Positions 37,096 through 44,364 of a DNA stretch of 44,364 nucleotides are shown piece after piece (positions within the stretch are counted from its first letter, which is position 1; each line of letters begins with the position of its first letter). The stretch comes from Intrasporangiaceae bacterium (lineage in GTDB: Bacteria > Actinomycetota > Actinomycetes > Actinomycetales > Dermatophilaceae). The translations under genes and the position numbers were made by a program. The notes beneath the pieces were generated by a model. It ran no database searches and was not told the DNA's origin. It saw only the letters and a program-made list of their open reading frames with translations. The DNA lies in contig JAAYSB010000006.1 in NCBI GenBank assembly GCA_012518475.1, forward strand, positions 1 to 44,364. Direction: 5' to 3'.

Positions 37096-37222
37096 CGGGC
37101 CAGGACGGCGCGCATCCACGTGCCCGCCGCCGTTGAGGCCTCGCTCGCGGTGCAGAGCAGCCGCTGACGCCCGTTCGAGTGACGGCATCGCGGGAGCCGC
37201 GCACAGTGCGAGTATCACGGGT

Positions 37223-37525
37223 ATGTCTGAAGTGAAGGTCACCCACAACAAGGACGAGGCCCGCTATGAGGCCAGGATCGATGACGCGCTCGCGGGCTTC
37301 ATCGAGTACCGGCTCACGGACCAGATCATCGTCATGTCCCACACCGAGGTCGACCAGACGTTCGAGGGTCAGGGCGTCGGGAGTGCACTGGCCAGGTTCG
37401 CCCTCGATGACGTCGAGGCGGACGGCAAGCGCCGCGTGCTGCCCACCTGCCCGTTCATCAAGGGCTGGATCCACAAGCACCCCGAGTACGCGAAGCTCGT
37501 CTACGGGGTGGCCCCTCAACCCTGA
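37223..37525 (+). CDS. Small GNAT acetyltransferase (YjdJ-like)
   Basis: RYE, HTEVD..FEGQGVG, PTCPFI..WI.KHPEY. Confidence 0.92.
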   Translation: MSEVKVTHNKDEARYEARIDDALAGFIEYRLTDQIIVMSHTEVDQTFEGQGVGSALARFALDDVEADGKRRVLPTCPFIKGWIHKHPEYAKLVYGVAPQP

Positions 37526-38523
37526 GCCGAAGGCTCTTCCGCTACAGACTCGTTCACCACAGGCTCCTTCATCATCGCGGCCATGACGCGGTCGAGCCGG
37601 AAGCCGAGCCGCTCATAGAGCCTCGTCGCTCCCGTCGGGCTGTCCGAGTCGACGCCGAGCTCGATGACGTCGTACTGACCGGACTCCGCCGCGAGCCGGA
37701 TCGATCGGCTCAGGCACGCCGCCGCGAGACCGCGCCCACGTGCCTCGCGGACCGTCCCGACGAGGTCGACATAGGCCTGACGGGGCACCCACTGACTGAC
37801 GAGGACGTATGCGAGGACCGCCCCGTCGTCCCCGATCGCCAGCGTGGAGAGCTGCCGGCGGGGCGGACGGCCGGTCCAGTAGTCGTGCCACGTCGCCTCG
37901 GACTGCGGGGTGGAGCCCCAGTGGTCGACGAAGGCCGCGTTGTGTGCCTCGCGCACACCGCCCTCGTGCTCGGACGTGGGGGTGACGAGCTCGACGCCCT
38001 CGAGCTCCCCCGGTTCCGGCACCGTCACCGGGTCCCCGGGGAGGGGGCGGGCGAGCTCGTTGAAGTACCGGACCACCGCATACCCCATGTGGGTGAGAAG
38101 GCGACGGGCGTCGGAGCCCTCGAGCTCCCCACCCGCGCGGAAGTAGTACGGCGTGCCGGAATGGCGCTCCGCGGCGAGCTCGCGGCCCCGCTCCTCCTGG
38201 CGTCGGACGAGCTCGCGACCGATGCCTCTGCCGCGCCAGTCGGGGTGGACGCCACCGCCGAGCTGGCACCGCACGCGGCCCTCATCGTCCAGGTTGTGCG
38301 CGACCCGGAGCTGGCCGTAGCCGACCATCAGCTCGCCGTCCCAGACCGCCCAGGAGTCGGTCTCGGGGGTGAAGCCGGACTCTTCCAGCTCCTCAGCGAG
38401 GTCCTCGGCCTCGTAGTACTCCTCAGTGCGGTCCGCCATCGCGAGGAGGTTCGTCAGCTCGGCCCACTGCTCGACGCTGTCGGGGGTGAGGTGGCTCCAG
38501 CGCAGGCTCCTCTTCGTCGTCAC
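37516..38523 (-). CDS. Tandem GNAT N-acetyltransferase (MshD-like fold)
   Basis: Two acetyl-CoA motifs VHPDWRGRGIG and EARGRGLA; AFVDHWG; ATRLYERLGF. Confidence 0.9.
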   Translation of the reverse strand: MTTKRSLRWSHLTPDSVEQWAELTNLLAMADRTEEYYEAEDLAEELEESGFTPETDSWAVWDGELMVGYGQLRVAHNLDDEGRVRCQLGGGVHPDWRGRGIGRELVRRQEERGRELAAERHSGTPYYFRAGGELEGSDARRLLTHMGYAVVRYFNELARPLPGDPVTVPEPGELEGVELVTPTSEHEGGVREAHNAAFVDHWGSTPQSEATWHDYWTGRPPRRQLSTLAIGDDGAVLAYVLVSQWVPRQAYVDLVGTVREARGRGLAAACLSRSIRLAAESGQYDVIELGVDSDSPTGATRLYERLGFRLDRVMAAMMKEPVVNESVAEEPSAQG

Positions 38524-38587
38524 CTGCTCATGGTGGCGCCTCCCGTTCGGGAGCGTCCAGTCGATTTCGCGGTTCTACGATGGGCGC

Positions 38588-39418
38588 ATGGACCGAGCCC
38601 CCAGCGACCGACTCCTCAGCGACGACGACATCGAGGCCTATCACCGCGACGGTGTGCTCGTCGTCCGTGGCGTCCTCACCCCGGAGGAGGTCGAGACGGC
38701 GCGCGAGGCGATCGCGGACGTCCTGGCCGCGAGCGGACTGCTCACCCAGGTCGCGAGCGGCATCGACGACCCGGGCAGGTTCGTCGAGGACTTCCGGCGC
38801 TGGCAGGAGTTCCCCGCGCTCGAGCAGCTCGCCCTGCACTCGAAGACTCCTCGGTATGCCGCCGAGCTGCTCGCGCGGTTCACCGAGCCCGAGCAGGCGG
38901 TGCGGTTCTATCACGACCACATCCTCGTCAAGGAGGGCGGAACCAGGCAGCGCACGCCGTGGCACCAGGACCAGCCGTACTACAACGTCGACGGGCACGG
39001 AACGAGTGCGTGGATCCCGGTCGACCCGGTGCCGCTCGCCGGGTGCCTCGAGCTCGTCGCCGGGTCGCACGAGGGTCCCTGGAAGATGCCGCGGACCTTC
39101 CTCGACGGCAAGGCCAAGTGGTTCCCGGAGGGCAGCCTCGAGGAGCTGCCCGACATCGAGTCCGACCGGGACGCCTTCGACATCCGGGCCGCGGACCTGC
39201 AGCCGGGTGACGCGATCTTCTTCGACTTCCTCACCATCCACGGCGCTCCCGGCTTCCCGTTCCAGGGTCGTCGACGTGTGCTCTCGCTGCGCTACCTCGC
39301 CGGTGACGCCACCCATGCCCCGCGCGACTGGATCACCTCGCCGCCGTTCGACGAACTCGTCGGGGTTCTTCCCGCGGGGGTGCCGATGGAGGACCCGCTG
39401 TTCCCCGTCGTCCGCTGA
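38588..39418 (+). CDS. Phytanoyl-CoA dioxygenase (PhyH) family Fe(II)/2OG oxygenase
   Basis: YHRDG, TPWHQD, WIPVD, GSH, PGDAIFF..LTIHG, RR; leaderless TACGAT-N6-ATG. Confidence 0.92.
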   Translation: MDRAPSDRLLSDDDIEAYHRDGVLVVRGVLTPEEVETAREAIADVLAASGLLTQVASGIDDPGRFVEDFRRWQEFPALEQLALHSKTPRYAAELLARFTEPEQAVRFYHDHILVKEGGTRQRTPWHQDQPYYNVDGHGTSAWIPVDPVPLAGCLELVAGSHEGPWKMPRTFLDGKAKWFPEGSLEELPDIESDRDAFDIRAADLQPGDAIFFDFLTIHGAPGFPFQGRRRVLSLRYLAGDATHAPRDWITSPPFDELVGVLPAGVPMEDPLFPVVR

Positions 39419-39480
39419 CGGATCGTGGTGCGCTCACCTGTCCTGCGCCTGGACCGAGCGCGGGAATAGCCCGAAGCGCA

Positions 39481-40119
39481 ATGGGGTTGAGACTGGCCCA
39501 GCACCGACCCGAACGGAGCAGCGCGGTGGCACCACACCCCCAGGTCCAGCGACTCATCGATCTCGACCTTTCCCCGGACGTGACGGCGCACGATCCCGGC
39601 CCGCCGCCGTCCCCGGACGCGGTGCTCGCGATCCATCATGAGGCCATCCCCGCGGCGGAACTCGCCTCGTTCCTCCGGCTGGGCGACACGTCGGGCTTCG
39701 TCGTCGTCGATCTCACCGACCTTGCCGAGTTCGTGCCGGTCGAGGGTCTGGAGATCCCGGACCGGCCGCTGTACTGGCTCGAGGGAGTCGACCGTGGGGA
39801 CGACCTGCAGAACTGGTCCCCGGAGGAGGTCGTCCCCGAGCTCGAGCAGCGCGGACGCTCCCCGATGACGGTCCACGAAGGCATCAGCTGGCTGCTGCAG
39901 CGACCTGAGGTGCTCGAGCCGAGCGCGTGCTTCATGACGATCGGCTCCCGCAAGCCCAAGCCGAGGGGTGCCTTCGACTCCCGCACTCCCGCGATCTGGA
40001 TCAGCGGGGGCACCGGCCGCGACGGTCGCGAGAACCGGGGCGCTCCCAAGGTGGGGTGGTGCTGGTGGCGGAACCGGCATACCTGGCTGGGCTTCGGCTC
40101 GGTGACCGGCCGGGGCTGA
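39481..40119 (+). CDS. DUF5701-type hypothetical protein
   Basis: VDRG...N.SP...GRSPMTVHEG...PAIWIS...PKVGWCWWRNRHTWLGF; start uncertain. Confidence 0.7.
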   Translation: MGLRLAQHRPERSSAVAPHPQVQRLIDLDLSPDVTAHDPGPPPSPDAVLAIHHEAIPAAELASFLRLGDTSGFVVVDLTDLAEFVPVEGLEIPDRPLYWLEGVDRGDDLQNWSPEEVVPELEQRGRSPMTVHEGISWLLQRPEVLEPSACFMTIGSRKPKPRGAFDSRTPAIWISGGTGRDGRENRGAPKVGWCWWRNRHTWLGFGSVTGRG

Positions 40120-40144
40120 ACCACCGGGCACCGTTTCTCTCCGA

Positions 40145-40206
40145 GTTGTTGTATGGCGACACGCAGACGATCGGCCGCTCCGCTCTGCGTGTCGCCATAC
40201 AACAAC
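40145..40206. repeat. REP-like hairpin family B, copy 2
   Basis: Perfect 23-bp arms GTTGTTGTATGGCGACACGCAGA / TCTGCGTGTCGCCATACAACAAC with a 16-nt loop. Confidence 0.88.
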
Positions 40207-40265
40207 GGCAGAGACGAGCCGAGCGGGTCGCCGGCACTGGCTGCCCGGGTGCATAGGCTGGCCGT

Positions 40266-41876
40266 ATGCCTCCTGCAGAGAACGGTTCCTGGCTGACCGA
40301 CGCCGTCATCTACGAGATCTACCCGCAGTCCTTCCAGGACACGAACGGGGACGGGATCGGCGATCTGCGAGGCGTCATCGACCGGCTCGACTACATCGCC
40401 TCGCTCGGCGTCGACGCGATCTGGTTCAACCCGTGCTTCGCCTCGCCGTTCTTCGACGCTGGCTACGACGTCGCCGACTACCTGCAGATCGCACCGCGCT
40501 ACGGGACGAACGACGACATGGTCGAGCTCATCGACAAGGCGCGCGAGCGGGGGATCCGGATCATCCTCGACCTCGTCGCCGGGCACACCTCGATCGAGCA
40601 CGAGTGGTTCCAGGTCGAGCTGCACGCGGATGGCCCGAGTCCTGAGGGAGACCGCTACATCTGGCGTGAGGACGAACCTGCCAGCGGCTGGGCCAACGAC
40701 GTCCCCGGGCAGCCGGCGTGGGTCCGCTCACCCGGGCCGCGTCAGGGCTGGTACCTCAAGAACTTCTACGACGAGCAGCCGGCGCTGAACTTCGGCTGGG
40801 TCGAGCCCGATCCCGCCCACCCGTGGCGCCAGCCGGTCGATGCCCCCGGGCCCCTGCGGAACCAGCAGGCGCTCAAGGACATCCTCGACTTCTGGCTGGG
40901 CAAGGGGGTCGCCGGGTTCCGGGTCGACATGGCGTTCTCCCTTGTCAAGGACGAGGGTCTGTTCCAGGGCTGGATCGCCTCGTCGGCAATCTGGCGCAAC
41001 ATCCGCGAGTGGCTGGACGAGGCATACCCCGACGCCGTTCTCATCCCCGAGGGTGAGGAGCCGCGCACAGGGGAGCGGCTCGCGTTCGACGCCGACTTCA
41101 TGCTCGTCATCCACGCCCCGCACGCGAGCCTCTTCGATGACCAGTCAGCCGGGATCCTGCCGTGGCACGAGTCGCGCCGGCCGTTCTTCGGCGCGGCCGG
41201 CGAGGGGTCGACGGGGATGTTCCTCGACACCTGGGCGCTGTATCGCGAAGCCGAACCGGAGCGGAAGGTCATCATCGCCACGGCCGACCACGACTTCAAC
41301 CGGCTCCGCGCCGGACGCACCCCGGAGGAGCTGCGCACGGCCTTCACGTTCCTCTTCACCTGGGGGAGCGTGCCGAGTCTGTACTTCGGTGACGAGATCG
41401 GTATGCGCTATCTGCCGGACATGCCGAACGTCGAGGGCGCGATCTGCAACCCGTCATACAACCGCGCCGGAGCCCGCACGCCGATGCAGTGGGACGCGAC
41501 GGAGAACGCCGGCTTCTCGACGGCTGCGGCCGAGGACCTCTATCTGCCGATCGACCCGGACCCGGACCGGCCCACTGTCGCCGCCCAGGACGGTGTGGAG
41601 GGCTCGACGCTGTCGTTCGTGCGCGAGCTGGTGGCTCTGCGGCGGCAGCATCCGGAGCTCCAGGGGCACGCGTCGACGACGGTTGTCCACGCGGGCTATC
41701 CGTTCGCGTGGCTGCGCGGTGAGAACTACCTCGTCGTCGTCAATCCGCGGCGGGAGGCGGCAGCTATCGAGACGACGGCCGGTGCGGGGATGACCCCGAT
41801 CTTCGGTTCCGGTGCCGAACTCACCGAGGGCGGTGTCGAGGTCGAGGGCTTCGGGTACGGGATCTTCGCGCGGTAG
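40266..41876 (+). CDS. GH13 alpha-amylase family glycosidase (alpha-glucosidase/TreS-like)
   Basis: YEIYPQSFQDTNGDGIGDL, GYDV, DLVAGHTS, GFRVD (nucleophile), PEG, DHD, YFGDEIGM, RTPMQW; leaderless TAGGCT-N6-ATG. Confidence 0.93.
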   Translation: MPPAENGSWLTDAVIYEIYPQSFQDTNGDGIGDLRGVIDRLDYIASLGVDAIWFNPCFASPFFDAGYDVADYLQIAPRYGTNDDMVELIDKARERGIRIILDLVAGHTSIEHEWFQVELHADGPSPEGDRYIWREDEPASGWANDVPGQPAWVRSPGPRQGWYLKNFYDEQPALNFGWVEPDPAHPWRQPVDAPGPLRNQQALKDILDFWLGKGVAGFRVDMAFSLVKDEGLFQGWIASSAIWRNIREWLDEAYPDAVLIPEGEEPRTGERLAFDADFMLVIHAPHASLFDDQSAGILPWHESRRPFFGAAGEGSTGMFLDTWALYREAEPERKVIIATADHDFNRLRAGRTPEELRTAFTFLFTWGSVPSLYFGDEIGMRYLPDMPNVEGAICNPSYNRAGARTPMQWDATENAGFSTAAAEDLYLPIDPDPDRPTVAAQDGVEGSTLSFVRELVALRRQHPELQGHASTTVVHAGYPFAWLRGENYLVVVNPRREAAAIETTAGAGMTPIFGSGAELTEGGVEVEGFGYGIFAR

Positions 41877-41889
41877 GGGCGAATCCCCG

Positions 41890-42468
41890 TCACAGGCTCT
41901 TGCCCAAGGCCTGGGGGAGTACCTCACCCAGCCACGCCTGACTGTCCCGGTGGCTGCGCACGTGCACGATCGGCAGGTCCGGCCGCGTCTCGAGTGCAGC
42001 CGAGATCCGTTGGCGCGTTTTGTGTCTCCTCGACCACGCCCAGCGCACGACGTGCTCCGGGTCTGAGAAGACGGTATGCAGCGGCGGCTCCAGGTTGCCG
42101 TTCCACAGCTCCTCGCTCCGGAGGCTCCGGCGCAGCGTCCGGCCGATCACCTGGCGCATCGCCGTGTGGGTCGGTAGGTCGAGCCAGACGAACAGGTCGG
42201 CCCGCTCCAGCAGCAGTGCGCGGACGCTCGAGTACTGCCACTCGGTCGTCCATGCCGGTTCAGCGGTGAATGCCTCCACGTCGGCGATGAAGGAGTCCCT
42301 CGGGGTCCAGCCCGGCCCGTGATAGAGCGCATCGATCTCGATGTGCGGCACCCGAAGGACGTCGGCGATCCGGGCGGCGAGAGTCGTCTTGCCCACCCCG
42401 GAGGTTCCCGCCACGACCACGCGGGCGGGGCGCGCCGGCAGCGGGTCGGCGGGGGAGAGGAGAGGCAC
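41890..42468 (-). CDS. P-loop kinase/AAA family (adenylate kinase/FlaR-like)
   Basis: GTSGVGKTT, IEIDAL, WLDLP, ELWNGN. Confidence 0.88.
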   Translation of the reverse strand: MPLLSPADPLPARPARVVVAGTSGVGKTTLAARIADVLRVPHIEIDALYHGPGWTPRDSFIADVEAFTAEPAWTTEWQYSSVRALLLERADLFVWLDLPTHTAMRQVIGRTLRRSLRSEELWNGNLEPPLHTVFSDPEHVVRWAWSRRHKTRQRISAALETRPDLPIVHVRSHRDSQAWLGEVLPQALGKSL

Positions 42469-42530
42469 CCCGGCAGTCTCCCACCGCCGCAGGCTGTCCT
42501 GGCGGGACTCACGCGTCCTAGGCTCGGACC

Positions 42531-43064
42531 ATGCCGCAGTACCTCGCGTTCCTGCGCGCCATCAACCTCGGTGCGAAGCGGAAATTCCCCAAGGCCGACA
42601 TCGTCGCCGCGACGGAGGCGGCCGGGATGACGGACGTGGAGACCCACATCAACACGGGCAACGTCTTCTTCACGAGCACACTTCGCTCACCGGCGAAGGT
42701 CCGCGCGGCACTGGAGAAGGCGTATGCGACCGACCGGGGCTTCGACGTCCCCGCCATCGTCTTCACACCAGAAGAGATCCGCGCGATCACCGAGCGAGGC
42801 ACGCAGCTCCGTGCCGTGAACGAGGACGGTGCGCGGCACTACGTCCAGCTGTTCCATGAGCCGCCGCCGCAGGGGGCAGTCGCTGCTGCTCAGGCGCTCG
42901 GCCTCCCGGGGGAGGAGCTGGTGGTCGAGGGGAGGGCGGCCTACGCCCTCATGCCGGAGGTTGCCGGCTCGCGGCTGACGAACAGCAAGGAGTATGCGGC
43001 GCTCGGCCAGGGGACGGCTCGCACCATCACCGTCCTGCAGGCAATCGTCGAGAAATGGTGCTGA
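42531..43064 (+). CDS. DUF1697 family protein
   Basis: YLAFLRAINLG, VETHINTGNV, TAR; leaderless TAGGCT-N6-ATG. Confidence 0.9.
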   Translation: MPQYLAFLRAINLGAKRKFPKADIVAATEAAGMTDVETHINTGNVFFTSTLRSPAKVRAALEKAYATDRGFDVPAIVFTPEEIRAITERGTQLRAVNEDGARHYVQLFHEPPPQGAVAAAQALGLPGEELVVEGRAAYALMPEVAGSRLTNSKEYAALGQGTARTITVLQAIVEKWC

Positions 43065-43309
43065 GCACGTCAGCCGCGACCGCTGTGAGATGACCGGCTG
43101 CGCGTGGGCGGCGGGACCTTGTTGCAGGGACGTCTGACAGTGGAAAGGCGTTCTTGAGGTTTCACCCACACCCTGTGATTCCGGGCGATAATCAGGTCAG
43201 CCAGGTCCTGCACACCGCCGACAACGCCGACCTCGCAGAGATCGCAACCGCCGCTTGATCGTGGCGCGCCAGGGTTGATGGGGTCGCTTCCGTGGTGTGG
43301 CATAGAGCC

Positions 43310-44119
43310 ATGCCCGCTCGCGATCAGGTCCTTGCTCTCGTCCAGCCCGCCTTCCAGCCGCCCGAGCTCATGATCGAGACCGCCCGTGCTGCCGAGTCCG
43401 CGGGCATCGACGAGGTCTGGCTGTGGGAGGACTGCTTCTACTCCAGCGGCATCGCCCCCGCCGCAGCGATCCTGAGTGCGACCGAGCGGATGCGCGTCGG
43501 CATCGGCCTGCTTCCCGTGCCGCTGCGGGCCCCGTCCCTGGCTGCGATGGAGATCGCGGCGATGGCGCGGATGTTTCCGGGCAGGTTCCTCCCCGGACTC
43601 GGTCACGGCATCCTCGGCTGGATGGGCCAGGCCGGAGTCCGGGTGGAGTCACCGCTCACCCTCCTCCGCGAGCACCTCTCCGCGATCACCGCGCTGCTCG
43701 ACGGTGAGGAGGTCACTGTCACTGGGCGGTACGTGCGCCTCGACGGGGTCCGGCTGGACTTCCCGCCGGAGGTGATTCCGCCGATCTACATCGGCGGTCG
43801 TGGTCCCAAGACGCTCGCCCTGGGTGGCGAGCTGGCGCACGGCCTCATCCTCGACGACGTCGCGCCGGAGGGCCGGGCCGATCCCGGTCGGGTGCGCGAG
43901 GTCATCGACCACGTGGGCGAGCACAGCGAGCTTGTTGCCTTCCTGTCCACGCCGGACGACGTCACTGCAGACCGGCTCGCGCACGAGGCCGGAACCCTGT
44001 TCGCGGCCGGGATCTCGCGAGTCGCCGCCTTTGCCGGTGGAGTGGACGGACCGCCGAGATCCGGCGATGACATCCGCCGGTTCGTCGATGTGCTCGCTGC
44101 TGCCGGTGGGTGTGGATGA
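43310..44119 (+). CDS. LLM-class flavin-dependent oxidoreductase
   Basis: AESAGIDEVWLWED, TERMRVG, PGRFLPGLG, PPIYIGGRGPKTL. Confidence 0.9.
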   Translation: MPARDQVLALVQPAFQPPELMIETARAAESAGIDEVWLWEDCFYSSGIAPAAAILSATERMRVGIGLLPVPLRAPSLAAMEIAAMARMFPGRFLPGLGHGILGWMGQAGVRVESPLTLLREHLSAITALLDGEEVTVTGRYVRLDGVRLDFPPEVIPPIYIGGRGPKTLALGGELAHGLILDDVAPEGRADPGRVREVIDHVGEHSELVAFLSTPDDVTADRLAHEAGTLFAAGISRVAAFAGGVDGPPRSGDDIRRFVDVLAAAGGCG

Positions 44120-44146
44120 GAGCGTGAGTCGGGTGTGCCGTCCACA

Positions 44147-44187
44147 TCAGTGACAGGGTGCCTGGTCAGGCACCGAGGCGTCACTGA
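44147..44187. other. Intergenic stem-loop upstream of the Uma2-like gene
   Basis: TCAGTGAC/GTCACTGA outer and GGTGCCTG/CAGGCACC inner arms. Confidence 0.5.
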
Positions 44188-44217
44188 CCCTGGGCATGGT
44201 GATCAGAAAGGTGCACC

Positions 44218-44364
44218 ATGGAGACCATGAGCCTCATGGACGTCGGCAGCTTCACCGTCGAGGATCTCGCGATCTACCGCGAGAAGTGGCAGGACATGAC
44301 CGTCCAGCTGCTCGACGGTGAGCTGGTCGTGTCCCCCAGTCCCGCGTACATGCATCAACTCGAC
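44218..44364 (+). CDS. Uma2-family (PD-(D/E)XK) putative endonuclease, N-terminal part (runs off window)
   Basis: METMSLMDVGSFTVEDL...QLLDGELVVSPSPAYMHQL matches the Uma2 N-terminal 'ELxDGxLxVSPxPxxxHQ' pattern; start may be 44227. Confidence 0.75.
   Translation, partial: METMSLMDVGSFTVEDLAIYREKWQDMTVQLLDGELVVSPSPAYMHQLD

Noticed and set aside
43065-43300. Small gene or ncRNA in a slightly lower-GC intergenic gap
   Set aside because: Only a short coding-like fragment (QVSQVLHTADNADLAEIATAA*) with no convincing start or motif; not supportable.

Overview
A 44.4-kb stretch of a very GC-rich bacterial chromosome. Gene content and the many leaderless promoters point to an actinobacterium, probably Micrococcales (inference). 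It holds about 48 mostly housekeeping or accessory-metabolism genes. I see no rRNA, tRNA, integrase, transposase, prophage or cas genes. Highlights: (1) A translationally coupled three-gene operon at 27609-32066. It encodes a WS/DGAT acyltransferase, a 706-aa fusion whose C-terminal half resembles acyl-ACP (thioester) reductases of the cyanobacterial AAR / PigE-TamH type, and an SDR. Together they form a candidate non-canonical acyl-thioester -> aldehyde -> alcohol -> wax-ester pathway. (2) A coupled YqcI/YcgG-family heme guanidino N-hydroxylase plus DUF1989 gene pair with no surrounding biosynthetic cluster. (3) At least five to six distinct families of short intergenic palindromic (REP-like) elements, each present 2-3 times. 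(4) A frameshifted ABC ATPase in a YtrA-type GntR operon, and a PaaI-thioesterase remnant missed by the ORF track. (5) Several candidate operators and pervasive TANNNT-N6/7-start leaderless promoters. All family calls come from motif recognition by eye; no database searches were run.
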